DNA of 64,000 nucleotides from Gammaproteobacteria bacterium (lineage in GTDB: Bacteria; Pseudomonadota; Gammaproteobacteria; SZUA-140): positions 6,881 to 70,880 of the forward strand of contig JBHHVB010000007.1 of assembly GCA_046754065.1 (NCBI GenBank), given 5' to 3'. The translations under genes were made by a program, and so were the position numbers. This document shows, piece after piece, positions 21,178 through 30,810 of this stretch (position 1 is the stretch's first letter; every line of letters starts with the position of its first letter). The notes beneath the pieces were generated by a model that saw nothing but the letters and a program-made list of their open reading frames with translations, was not told where the DNA came from and made no database searches.

Positions 21178-22199
21178 AGTCGTTCGCCGTTGTATTCACC
21201 CGTAAGGGTGTGCAAGAATTTTGCGATTAAATCAACATCGCCAACAGATATTTTTCTTCCCAATTGGTAGGAGGCCATCACCATGATGGCTTGTTCAATC
21301 GTTTCTGCAAACCCATTATGGAAATAAGGCGCCGTCAGCGTTACGTTTCTCAAACTAGGCACCCTGAATCTGTAACGGTCTTCCTCTCTACCGGTCACAT
21401 TGAACCGGCCATAATTTACAGTAGATAAATCCTCTCTATCAAAGTAATAGTCCTGCATCACACCAAGCACCTGATAAAGGTTGCCTCCAACATTTGCTCC
21501 TTGATGGCAGGATACGCATCCATATACCTTGAATAACTGGTATCCCCTTTTCTCGTCCTTACTTAACGCATCATTGTCACCATTCAGGTATTGATCGAAT
21601 CTGGAATTGGGCGTAATTAATGACCGTTCAAATTCCATTATGACTGCTATAACATTCTCCCTGGTTACACCGTCCTTAAATATCATCCGAAACTGACGCA
21701 ATAAATCACTATCACCATTTATAACCTCGATAATGTGAGCCCAGGATGAATCCAGTTCGGTTGGAGAGATTAGTGACTCGGCAATTTGTTGTTCGACTGT
21801 GTCAGCTCGACCATCCCAGTAATAACTTGCATTCAACGCGCTATTAAATACGGTTGGGGTATTAATCTCCCCCAGATTGCCATGGTCTCCTACCGGCACC
21901 AATTCCCTGATTGCTCCCCCGGTTTCAAGTTGATGGCATGTTTCGCAAGAGGACTCCCCATCAGTGGATAATCGTGCATCGCCAAAAAGTCTTTTTCCGA
22001 GCGCTACTTGCTCAACCTTTAGCGAAGATGGATATTCTATGGGCAATATGGGTTCGGGAGACGACGAAGGTCGATCCGCGATTCGAGATTTATGCAATGA
22101 GATGGGTGGCGATTCTTCATCGTCGTTCAGCACTAGCATTGCAGCAGCAACCAACACAACAACCATTATCAGTATTGAAAAATGGATATTTTGCTTCAT
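21174..22199 (-). CDS. Di-haem cytochrome c peroxidase (CcpA/MauG family)
   Basis: Signal peptide. Two haem-binding motifs CETCHQ and CVSCHQ, and a conserved PSLRNVTLTAPYFHNG segment. The stop overlaps the start of the downstream sensor by 4 nt. Confidence 0.88.
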   Translation of the reverse strand: MKQNIHFSILIMVVVLVAAAMLVLNDDEESPPISLHKSRIADRPSSSPEPILPIEYPSSLKVEQVALGKRLFGDARLSTDGESSCETCHQLETGGAIRELVPVGDHGNLGEINTPTVFNSALNASYYWDGRADTVEQQIAESLISPTELDSSWAHIIEVINGDSDLLRQFRMIFKDGVTRENVIAVIMEFERSLITPNSRFDQYLNGDNDALSKDEKRGYQLFKVYGCVSCHQGANVGGNLYQVLGVMQDYYFDREDLSTVNYGRFNVTGREEDRYRFRVPSLRNVTLTAPYFHNGFAETIEQAIMVMASYQLGRKISVGDVDLIAKFLHTLTGEYNGERL

Positions 22200-22430
22200 G
22201 TTCTATCCCAATGATATACCTGCAGACGCGACAAGCACATCACTGGTTCAGGATGTCCCCACATAACATACACCGAACTAACACATGGGATATCAGTATA
22301 TTATAATGATTAAAGAGAAAGATACTGCAGAAAGCAAGGTTTTGCTTAAGGGAACATTAAGGCATGCCTGGAATACCGGTTTACTCTGATTCTGGAATCC
22401 CGAAGGATCCAGTTTAATTAATTGGGCGGC

Positions 22431-23654
22431 TTAGGGGTTAATGTTGCCCTTACTCTTTCTAGCTGCTATACGCATGCGTAACGCGTTAAGCTTGATAAAA
22501 CCAGCGGCATCTTGCTGATCATAAGCCCCTTTGTCTTCTTCAAAAGTAGCCACATCTTCATCAAACAAACTGTTTTCAGACTTTCTGCCAACCACAGTGA
22601 CATTACCCTTGTACAGTTTTATTCGAACAATGCCGTTTACAGTTCGTTGAGAGGCATCAATCATTTCCTGTAACATTTTACGCTCAGGACTCCACCAGTA
22701 TCCATTATAAACAAGACTTGCATAGCGGGGCATGAGTTCATCCTTGAGGTGCGTGACTTCCCGGTCCAGCGTAAGTGATTCCATGGCTCGATGAGCCCTT
22801 AGCATGACAGTACCACCAGGTGTTTCATAGCAACCTCGTGATTTCATACCTACGTAACGATTTTCAACGATATCCTGTCGACCAATACCGTTATCACCAG
22901 CAAGTTTATTCAAGCGCTCAAGCACAGTAGCAGGACTCATCGTTTCACCGTTTATTGCGATGATATCACCTTGTTGATAGGTTAATTCTATATAGGTTTC
23001 TTTATCCGGCGCATCTTCTGGCGACACAGACCATCGCCACATATCACTTTCTGGTTCAGCCCAGGGATCTTCGAGAATATCTCCTTCATACGAGATATGG
23101 AGCAGGTTTGCATCCATGGAATAAGGAGACTTACCCCCTCTTTTCAACTCTACAGGTATATCGTGCTGTTCTGCATAGGTCATCAGTTTTTCGCGGGAGT
23201 TCAGGTCCCATTCACGCCATGGAGCAATCACATGAATATCGGGATTAAGTGCGTAAGCACCTAACTCAAATCGAACCTGATCATTTCCCTTTCCAGTAGC
23301 ACCATGTGAAATCGCATCGGCGTCAGTTTCTGATGCAATCTCAATCAGACGTTTTGCAATCAATGGGCGCGCTATCGAGGTCCCCAGCAGATACTCGCCT
23401 TCATAAATCGTATTTGCACGAAACATTGGGTATACGTAATCCCGGACAAATTCCTCTCTAAGGTCTTCAATAAATATTTCCTTTACACCCAATGCCTCGG
23501 CCTTTGCCCGGGCTGGCTCTACTTCTTCACCTTGTCCAATATCGGCCGTAAATGTGACCACATCACAATGATAGGTATCCTGTAGCCAGCGAAGAATCAC
23601 CGAGGTATCCAGGCCACCAGAATAAGCGAGAACAACTTTCTTAATTTCAGACAT
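22431..23654 (-). CDS. argG: Argininosuccinate synthase
   Basis: [15 protein letters not shown] (PP-loop) and full-length collinearity with type I ArgG. Confidence 0.93.
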   Translation of the reverse strand: MSEIKKVVLAYSGGLDTSVILRWLQDTYHCDVVTFTADIGQGEEVEPARAKAEALGVKEIFIEDLREEFVRDYVYPMFRANTIYEGEYLLGTSIARPLIAKRLIEIASETDADAISHGATGKGNDQVRFELGAYALNPDIHVIAPWREWDLNSREKLMTYAEQHDIPVELKRGGKSPYSMDANLLHISYEGDILEDPWAEPESDMWRWSVSPEDAPDKETYIELTYQQGDIIAINGETMSPATVLERLNKLAGDNGIGRQDIVENRYVGMKSRGCYETPGGTVMLRAHRAMESLTLDREVTHLKDELMPRYASLVYNGYWWSPERKMLQEMIDASQRTVNGIVRIKLYKGNVTVVGRKSENSLFDEDVATFEEDKGAYDQQDAAGFIKLNALRMRIAARKSKGNINP

Positions 23655-23710
23655 ATCAGAATCCAGACCTCAATCAGGCAAACAATTTTTCACACCGGCG
23701 TAGTGTACCA

Positions 23711-26700
23711 CTATTTTTGTGGGGTTTTCTTTGCTGATCTTCGTAATCTGGATTGTAGACGACGAGCCATTTCACCAAACATCTCAGTCTGCGTGGGGTG
23801 CGGATGAATCGCACCGGCCACTTGCTCCAGCGTCATTTGGCCGGCCACCATCATCACCGCTTCGCCGATTAACGTATCGGCGTGATCAGCAAGAAAGTGT
23901 ACCCCCATGATGCGTCGGGATTTCTTATCGACAACCATCTTGATTAATCCTGAGGTTTCATTGGTAATCATTGCCTTTGCATCGATACTCATCGGCATTT
24001 TAACCTCAACGGCGTCGATACCACTGGATTTAGCCTGCGCAATCGATAAACCAACAAATGCCGCCTGAGGTCGGGTAAATATCACGCCGCAGTCTTTGTC
24101 CTGATCATATTTTGCTATCTCCCCCAGAATAGTGGACGCTGCAACCCGACCTTGTTGTCCAGCTGTGTGCGCCAACATCAAGCCACCATTGACATCTCCA
24201 ACGGCGAATATATGCGGGACGTTAGTACGGCAACTTGGATCGACCGGTATTATGCGGCCATCTGAACGAACTCCTGCCGGCTCAAGCTTAAGTGCTTCAA
24301 GGACCGGGCGTTTACCGGTTGCGACAATGACATATTCACATTCACAAGCGTGGTTTTGATCTTCGCTATCTTGATAATTCACAACCATTTTGCCGGGCTT
24401 ACCGTGAATACCATCAATTTTCGCGTTCGTCAGGACTTTAAGCCTTGGTTCGTTGTTAAGAATAGTCGTTAACTGCCCGGCAATCTCTGATTCTACCTCT
24501 GCCAGAATTCGCTCCTGCACTTCCAGCAATACTACATCAGCGCCAAAATCATGAAAAATCTGCGCCATTTCAACGCCGATTGCACCACCTCCAATCACTA
24601 CGAGCTTTTTAGGTGCTGATGGCAAGCTCCATACCGTATCAGAGGTCAGCACACCGCCACTCTCCAGTCCGTCATAAGCACCCTCTATTGGAGGCACAAA
24701 TGGTGGAGCGCCGGTTGCAATAACTGCACAGCCAAAACTGATGCTATCTCCGGCCAAACCATCACCAGTTGTTGAACGGCGATGGGGATCATCCTGATTA
24801 CCACTTGTATCGACGAGTAATTGATGATCATTCTGAAATGATGCGTACCCCTGAATAACCTTGATTTTAACGCCTTTGTCGGTCTTTAACGCCATCTCTC
24901 CACGCGTTTCCAGTACTGATCGGCGAGTCCGTTCAAGTGACTTCCAGTCTAATTTTACCTTTGTTGTGCCCTCAACGCCCAGGTGTTGATCATGCGCCCT
25001 GTCTCGTATCCGATCAGCTGCTGCACGCCATGCCTTTGAGGGTATACATCCGCGCCACAGGCACTCCCCCCCCGGGAACGGCGCATCGTTCACCATCGCA
25101 ACGTTAACTCCGTGTTCAGCCAGCTCTCGGGCGCAATCCTCTCCTCCCGGACCACCACCAATCACAACAACATCATAATCCCAGTTGCCTTCCGGAATGA
25201 CTGAAACACCACCAATCCAGGTCTCTGGTTGCTCAATAAACCGCTTTAACGAATTGAGATACATCGCAACATGCGCCCCGTTGACAACCCGATGGTCAGC
25301 GGTAACAGTTAAGGGCATACCATTCGTCCCGGCTGATGAAATCGCAAGAATCGCAGCGATACCGGGGGTCGGAATGGCATCAAAGCCACTAACCCCCATC
25401 ATCCCCATATTTGAAACCATAAATGTCGGATTGGCGTATTCATCGGGAGATAATCGTCTGGTTCGGGCACGGGATACCAAATCCTGCCAATCACGACCCA
25501 GCTCATCCAGTTGCCTTGACTCGCAGTTTCTTAAAACCGGTACAACCAGGCTGCCATCGTCAGCCGCGACTGCCATACCAATATCAACATTGTCTCTTTC
25601 AATCAGTTTGTCTACAGGTTGATATGCCCAGTTGATCTGGGGGTGTTCCTGAATTGCCAGCGCGCAAGCCTTTGCAATCGCAATGGTCACTGAAACACCG
25701 TGTTTCTTCGCTGTAGCAATCAACCTGTCAGGCATAGCATTGACGGTTACATGGAAGGTGGGCATGGTTAGCGAGCCTGACATGTTCTTACTAATAGCAC
25801 GCTCCATCGCTGTCATCTTTCTCCCGGCACCCGGCACCTCTGCCTCGATAAACGGCGTAGTTGCGGTCGTTGATTGCGGCTGCGTCCTGAGAACATCGGC
25901 TGCAACAATTTCACCTGAGGGGCCTGAACCATTCACGGCATTCAGATTAACACCCTGCTCACCAGCTAATTTTCTTGAATAAGGTGTAGCCTGCTTACCT
26001 GCTGGGCGCGGAGCTGGACCAGCGTCGGTTGAGTTCGCTGTTATTCCGGATGACTCCTGGCTAATAGATGTCGCAGACCCGGATAATGATTGTCCGGCCT
26101 GTGCAGACACCACGGACGATACAGTATCTGTTTTCACCTGATCCTGATCTTCAACCAGGTACGCCATCGCACCACCCACAGGAATGACACAATCCACCTC
26201 GGCTAAAGGACCCGACAGGTAACCTTCACGAAATACTTCAACATCCATGATTGCCTTGTCAGTTTCTACCTGGGCAACAATATCACCCCTGGAAATTTTC
26301 TCTCCTGGCTGCCTCGTCCATTCCACAACCAGACCTTCTGTCATCGTGTCAGACAGTTGCGGCATTTTTATCGTATGAACAACGCCATCGGGTTCCTGAC
26401 TATCCGGGGTTTCCGGGCCCCGGCCTTCTGTGATATTTTTGTCTTCTACTTCTGGAGCAGGACTGGATGTAGCTGGAGTTCCCGCATCAACAACTTCACC
26501 CTGATTGGCAACTATGAACGCGATCGCCTCGCCTACCGGAATAGTGCTATCGACCTCAACCAGAGGTCCGGATAAAAATCCGTCTCGAAAAACCTCGACA
26601 TCCATGATCGCTTTATCGGTTTCGACGGTTGCGACAATTTCTCCACGGTTTACCTTGTCGCCGATATTCTTTTCCCAGCTGATCAATACGCCCTCAGTCA

Positions 26701-26746
26701 TCGTGTCAGACAGTTGCGGCATTTTGATCGTGTATTTATCAGACAT
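23711..26746 (-). CDS. Fused dihydrolipoamide acyltransferase (E2; two lipoyl domains, E3-binding domain, catalytic domain) and dihydrolipoamide dehydrogenase (E3) in a single 1011-aa ORF
   Basis: Two lipoyl domains (VETDKAIMDVEV, twice). A peripheral-subunit-binding domain (ATPYSRKLAGEQGVNLNAVNGSGPSGEIVAADV). An E2 catalytic domain with DHRVVNGA. Then a ~12-aa join directly into a full E3 (DYDVVVIGGGPGG, redox disulfide GGECLWRGCIPSK, NAD site VVIGGGAIGVEMA, C-terminal HPHPTQTEMFGE). Confidence 0.85.
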   Translation of the reverse strand: MSDKYTIKMPQLSDTMTEGVLISWEKNIGDKVNRGEIVATVETDKAIMDVEVFRDGFLSGPLVEVDSTIPVGEAIAFIVANQGEVVDAGTPATSSPAPEVEDKNITEGRGPETPDSQEPDGVVHTIKMPQLSDTMTEGLVVEWTRQPGEKISRGDIVAQVETDKAIMDVEVFREGYLSGPLAEVDCVIPVGGAMAYLVEDQDQVKTDTVSSVVSAQAGQSLSGSATSISQESSGITANSTDAGPAPRPAGKQATPYSRKLAGEQGVNLNAVNGSGPSGEIVAADVLRTQPQSTTATTPFIEAEVPGAGRKMTAMERAISKNMSGSLTMPTFHVTVNAMPDRLIATAKKHGVSVTIAIAKACALAIQEHPQINWAYQPVDKLIERDNVDIGMAVAADDGSLVVPVLRNCESRQLDELGRDWQDLVSRARTRRLSPDEYANPTFMVSNMGMMGVSGFDAIPTPGIAAILAISSAGTNGMPLTVTADHRVVNGAHVAMYLNSLKRFIEQPETWIGGVSVIPEGNWDYDVVVIGGGPGGEDCARELAEHGVNVAMVNDAPFPGGECLWRGCIPSKAWRAAADRIRDRAHDQHLGVEGTTKVKLDWKSLERTRRSVLETRGEMALKTDKGVKIKVIQGYASFQNDHQLLVDTSGNQDDPHRRSTTGDGLAGDSISFGCAVIATGAPPFVPPIEGAYDGLESGGVLTSDTVWSLPSAPKKLVVIGGGAIGVEMAQIFHDFGADVVLLEVQERILAEVESEIAGQLTTILNNEPRLKVLTNAKIDGIHGKPGKMVVNYQDSEDQNHACECEYVIVATGKRPVLEALKLEPAGVRSDGRIIPVDPSCRTNVPHIFAVGDVNGGLMLAHTAGQQGRVAASTILGEIAKYDQDKDCGVIFTRPQAAFVGLSIAQAKSSGIDAVEVKMPMSIDAKAMITNETSGLIKMVVDKKSRRIMGVHFLADHADTLIGEAVMMVAGQMTLEQVAGAIHPHPTQTEMFGEMARRLQSRLRRSAKKTPQK

Positions 26747-26877
26747 AGAACACCTTAATATAATTTTGATTTTTCAAATTCGCTGAACGCGCATGACAAA
26801 CCGCTTGCGCAGCGCGCTAATGATTCCCCACTCATGCTTACTGATACGAATGTATCATTATCGTGCCAGTTGCTATT

Positions 26878-27864
26878 TTATCTGGATTTACCAAACAATC
26901 CCAAAACGGCGTCAACTACTTCATTCGCATTGGGTATCGCAGCCTTTTCCAGCTTATGATTAAATGGAATAGGTACGTTTCGTGCGGACACGCGTCGTGG
27001 CGGTGCATCCAGTTCAAAGAAGCAACCTTCGTTTATGATTGCCATCACCTCCGAACCAACACCAACCGGTGCCTCAGCTTCTTCAGTGATGACTGCCTTA
27101 TGTGTTTTTGTAACCGATGCAACAATGCCTTCGCGGTCCAACGGATTTAACGCATACAGGTCGACAATTTCCGCCTCTATACCATACTGTCTGGAAAGCA
27201 TTTCTGCCGCCTGCAAACACCAATGAACTGAAATATTATAACCAAACAGCGTAACATCGTTACCCCTGCGAACAATCTCGGACCCCTCCAGCGGGTGAAA
27301 AAACTCCTCATCGGGCACTTCGCCTTTCAGGTTATACATCAGTTCGTGTTCATTAATAAAAACGGGATCATCGCATCGCACTGCCGACTTCAACAGTCCG
27401 TATGCCTGACGAGGTGTAGAGGGTGTTACAACGCGTAAACCCGCTATACCCATAAATACTTTTTCCATTCTCGCGGAATGTTGTGCCCCTAACTGATGAG
27501 CGGTACCACCTGGTGAACGAATTACAATAGGCGCAGTCAACTGACCGCCCGACATATATCGCACCTTGGCAGCGGTATTAATGATTTGATCTGTTGCCAA
27601 CCACACAAAATTGACCGACATAATTTCAATGATTGGCCTGACACCCACATATGAAGCGCCAATGCCCAGTCCAGTAAAGCCATTTTCTGATATAGGTGTA
27701 TCAATAATCCGTTCGGAACCATATTTTTCATACAGTCCTTGCGTAGCCTTATAGGTACCGCCAGCGATCCCAATATCTTCACCCATCGCAATGACAAGCG
27801 GGTCATTTTCCATTTCCTCATCATGGGCTCGACGAATCGCTTCCCAATACATTAAATCAGCCAT
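26878..27864 (-). CDS. 2-oxo acid (pyruvate/acetoin-type) dehydrogenase E1 component beta subunit
   Basis: Transketolase-like pyrimidine-binding and C-terminal domains (MGEDIGIAGGTYKATQGL, RVVTPSTPRQAYGLL). Start overlaps the E1alpha stop. Confidence 0.88.
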   Translation of the reverse strand: MADLMYWEAIRRAHDEEMENDPLVIAMGEDIGIAGGTYKATQGLYEKYGSERIIDTPISENGFTGLGIGASYVGVRPIIEIMSVNFVWLATDQIINTAAKVRYMSGGQLTAPIVIRSPGGTAHQLGAQHSARMEKVFMGIAGLRVVTPSTPRQAYGLLKSAVRCDDPVFINEHELMYNLKGEVPDEEFFHPLEGSEIVRRGNDVTLFGYNISVHWCLQAAEMLSRQYGIEAEIVDLYALNPLDREGIVASVTKTHKAVITEEAEAPVGVGSEVMAIINEGCFFELDAPPRRVSARNVPIPFNHKLEKAAIPNANEVVDAVLGLFGKSR

Positions 27865-28856
27865 TAGTTAATCGCCCCCGTAACAAAGGGATCGTTTTCT
27901 GCGAGAACATATTTTTCCAGCTCATCGACAGACGGCTCTGGAGATTCATCTGCATATTTAATTATCTCTTCTTCAATTTGTTTCAGTATACTCTTATCCA
28001 TCAGCTGATATTCTTCTGTAGTTAAATCTCCACTTTCAATCAAGCGATCCCTGAGAATATTGAGTGGATCACGATCTGACCATTCCTTCTCCTCATCTTT
28101 GGAGCGATAAGCGTTTGAATCAGACATCGAGTGCCCGCGATATCGATACGTCATGAGCTCCAGGAAATAAGGACCCTTGCCCGACCGAACATGATCAACT
28201 GCAATCTTTGCCGCGTCGTAAACAATTTCCACATCCTGTCCGTCAACCTGCGCTGACGGAATATCATATCCACTGACACGTTTGTACTGGTCAAGCACCG
28301 CGGTCGAACGTTCAATGCGGGTTCCAATACCATACAAATTGTTTTCGCAAACAAACATCACAGGTAGCTCCCATACCTTTGCCATATTCAGGGTTTCATG
28401 AAATGTGCCCTGATTGTTCGCAGCATCCCCGAGAAAGCAGATCGAGATATCATCTCCCCCTTTCATCTTGATGCCTTTGGCAATGCCAGCCGCTAATGGA
28501 AAAGGACCACCAACCAGCGAATACCCTCCCATGAATCGATGCTCAACGTCGAAAATATGCATGGATCCTCCACGTCCCTTGCTGGAGCCTGTTTCTTTTG
28601 CATAGAGCTCTGCCATGACCACTTTAGGATCTGAACCACATTTGATGGCATGTACATGGTCTCTATAACCGGTAATGACATAATCACGCCCAGGTCTTGC
28701 GGCCTCAAGTACGCCATGCGCACATGCCTCCTGCCCTGAGTACAAATGTAAAAAGCCACCGATTTTTCTTTCCACATACGCTTCATAACACCGCTCTTCA
28801 AATCGCCTGGCGAACAACATTTCATTCAGGAGACGTTTTCTGTCTGAAGTATTCAT
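27864..28856 (-). CDS. 2-oxo acid (pyruvate/acetoin-type) dehydrogenase E1 component alpha subunit (TPP-dependent)
   Basis: GFLHLYSGQEA and the TPP-binding motif GDAANNQGTFHETLNMAKVWELPVMFVCENNLYG. Confidence 0.88.
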   Translation of the reverse strand: MNTSDRKRLLNEMLFARRFEERCYEAYVERKIGGFLHLYSGQEACAHGVLEAARPGRDYVITGYRDHVHAIKCGSDPKVVMAELYAKETGSSKGRGGSMHIFDVEHRFMGGYSLVGGPFPLAAGIAKGIKMKGGDDISICFLGDAANNQGTFHETLNMAKVWELPVMFVCENNLYGIGTRIERSTAVLDQYKRVSGYDIPSAQVDGQDVEIVYDAAKIAVDHVRSGKGPYFLELMTYRYRGHSMSDSNAYRSKDEEKEWSDRDPLNILRDRLIESGDLTTEEYQLMDKSILKQIEEEIIKYADESPEPSVDELEKYVLAENDPFVTGAIN

Positions 28857-29023
28857 TTAGATCTCACTTGGTTTATATCACTAAATTGATTGTCATTAAC
28901 TCAAATTCATTTCCATTGACTGATCTTTTGTAAACCTGACCTGGTTCGCTAAAAAGATTTTGCTCTCATCCATACATATTCATTTAGATCTTATGCGTCT
29001 ATAATGATTCCAGATTAATTGGA

Positions 29024-29048
29024 AACCCGATATGATCGGGTTTTTTTA
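29024..29048 (+). terminator. Rho-independent terminator-like hairpin with T7 tract (plus-strand orientation)
   Basis: aacccgat-atg-atcgggtt stem followed by ttttttt. There is no annotated plus-strand gene upstream of it. Confidence 0.45.
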
Positions 29049-29094
29049 ACATAAAATCAAGAATATCACTTATATATCACGCGGTTATTGACAT

Positions 29095-30585
29095 ATGAAC
29101 ATCCACATAAGCCAGCCAAAAGACAGGGTTACCAAGCGGTTTCTGGACAGTTTTGAAAATCTGATATTGATACTTCCAGCGCCACAACCCAAAAAATGGT
29201 CCGTATTCCCGTATTGTGAGTTACTTAAACGTCGTTTGCATAAAAGTGGAACTACAAAACTTTCTTCGTCACCACTGGTAACTGATCTACCCAATATAAA
29301 TGACACTCATGTCACGTTGTGTCACATCAATGCAGATAGCAATAGCTTTGAATTATTGACAGTCGCCCGGAAACTGGCGTCGATCCATGATAGGCGTCAG
29401 GCCAAAAATGTCGCCGTCTATTTACCGGGGTTTACTGGTGAAAAGGCAGAAACACTCGCCCACGCGATTTGCGCAGCCGTACTCGCGACGAACTGTGAAC
29501 TACCTGTCTACAAAAGCGGATCAAAAAATCGTAAAAAAATACGGAAGCTTTCTATCCTCGGCCTGAGTCAACCTATCGATTTTCAGCGCGTTCGTGCCGA
29601 AGCGGAAGGCAATAATCTTGCCAGACAGCTGACAGCTTTACCACCCAACGAGTTAACCCCTGCCAGTTACAATAAAAAGGTCAAAAAGCTCGCCTCCGAG
29701 ATGGGATGGCGGTACGAGTTTCTGGGCCAGGCGAGGTTAAAGAAGGAAGGCGCTGGCGCATTTCTGGCCGTTGCACAGGGTAGTGAAAATAATGATGCAG
29801 GTATTATCCATCTGACCTACACACCCCCATCAGGGCAATTAAATAAAAAACTTTCGCTCGTAGGCAAGGGGGTCTGCTTTGATACAGGTGGCGTTAATCT
29901 TAAACCGGCCAAACATATGCACGGTATGCACGAGGATATGCAAGGCAGTGCAGTTGCGTTGGGCTCACTACTGGCCTTATCAACATTAAAGGCTCCGTTC
30001 CGGATAGACTGCTGGTTAGCATTGGCAGAAAATCATATTGGTCCCAGGGCGTACAAACAGAATGAAATTGTAACGGCAAGTAACGGGACTACCATTGAGG
30101 TCATGCACACCGACGCTGAAGGTCGCATGATGCTGTCTGATACCCTGGCGATTGCCAGCAAGCACAAACCGGATTTGATTATCGATTATGCCACATTAAC
30201 CGGAACCTGCGTCTATGCGCTTAGCTCCCGCTATAGCGGTGCATTTACCAACCAGGAAAACTTTCATACTGATTTGATTGAGGCTGGCAAACTCAGTGGC
30301 GAACGTGTATGGCCCTTTCCCATGGATGAAGATTTTGACAAGGCGCTGGACAGTGACTTGGCCGATATCAAGCAATGTACGCTGAGTGGAGATGCCGATC
30401 ATATTCTGGCTGCACGATTCCTTGGCAAATTTGCCGGCAAACAACCATGGGTCCATATTGATCTTTCTGCGGGCAATCACAAGGGAGGATTGGCTCAAAT
30501 ACCGACTGATATCACCGGATTTGGTGTACGTCTAACAACCAGCTTATTACTTGACCGCCGGGTGCTCGACGGGAACGAAAAATGA
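29095..30585 (+). CDS. M17-family leucyl aminopeptidase
   Basis: VGKGVCFDTGGVNLKP and HTDAEGRMMLSD (NTDAEGRL-type active-site motif) identify the M17 catalytic domain. Confidence 0.85.
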   Translation: MNIHISQPKDRVTKRFLDSFENLILILPAPQPKKWSVFPYCELLKRRLHKSGTTKLSSSPLVTDLPNINDTHVTLCHINADSNSFELLTVARKLASIHDRRQAKNVAVYLPGFTGEKAETLAHAICAAVLATNCELPVYKSGSKNRKKIRKLSILGLSQPIDFQRVRAEAEGNNLARQLTALPPNELTPASYNKKVKKLASEMGWRYEFLGQARLKKEGAGAFLAVAQGSENNDAGIIHLTYTPPSGQLNKKLSLVGKGVCFDTGGVNLKPAKHMHGMHEDMQGSAVALGSLLALSTLKAPFRIDCWLALAENHIGPRAYKQNEIVTASNGTTIEVMHTDAEGRMMLSDTLAIASKHKPDLIIDYATLTGTCVYALSSRYSGAFTNQENFHTDLIEAGKLSGERVWPFPMDEDFDKALDSDLADIKQCTLSGDADHILAARFLGKFAGKQPWVHIDLSAGNHKGGLAQIPTDITGFGVRLTTSLLLDRRVLDGNEK

Positions 30586-30791
30586 ACCAGCGAGATAAAT
30601 TGATTGACCTTGAAACCAGAATTACGTATCAGGAAGACACGCTACATACGTTAAATGCTATAGTTTCCGATCAACAGCAAATCATTGATAAACTGGAACA
30701 GGATATTACATTTCTCAAACAACGCATTGCTACACTAACCGAATCTGATATTCTGCATGAATCAGTAGAAACAAAACCACCTCATTATTAA
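30582..30791 (+). CDS. slyX: SlyX-family protein
   Basis: 69-aa coiled-coil ORF. LETRITYQEDTLHTLNAIVSDQQQIIDKLEQ and the C-terminal PPHY match E. coli SlyX. Start overlaps the upstream stop. Confidence 0.85.
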   Translation: MNQRDKLIDLETRITYQEDTLHTLNAIVSDQQQIIDKLEQDITFLKQRIATLTESDILHESVETKPPHY

Positions 30792-30810
30792 AGTAATCAA
30801 GGAAATACCT

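Noticed and set aside
23711-26746. E2-E3 fusion being an artefact of two adjacent genes read through
   Set aside because: The ORF is continuous in one frame with a sensible 12-residue junction and no frameshift needed, so I kept it as a fusion. A single-base assembly error at the junction is a separate possibility and can only be excluded with reads.
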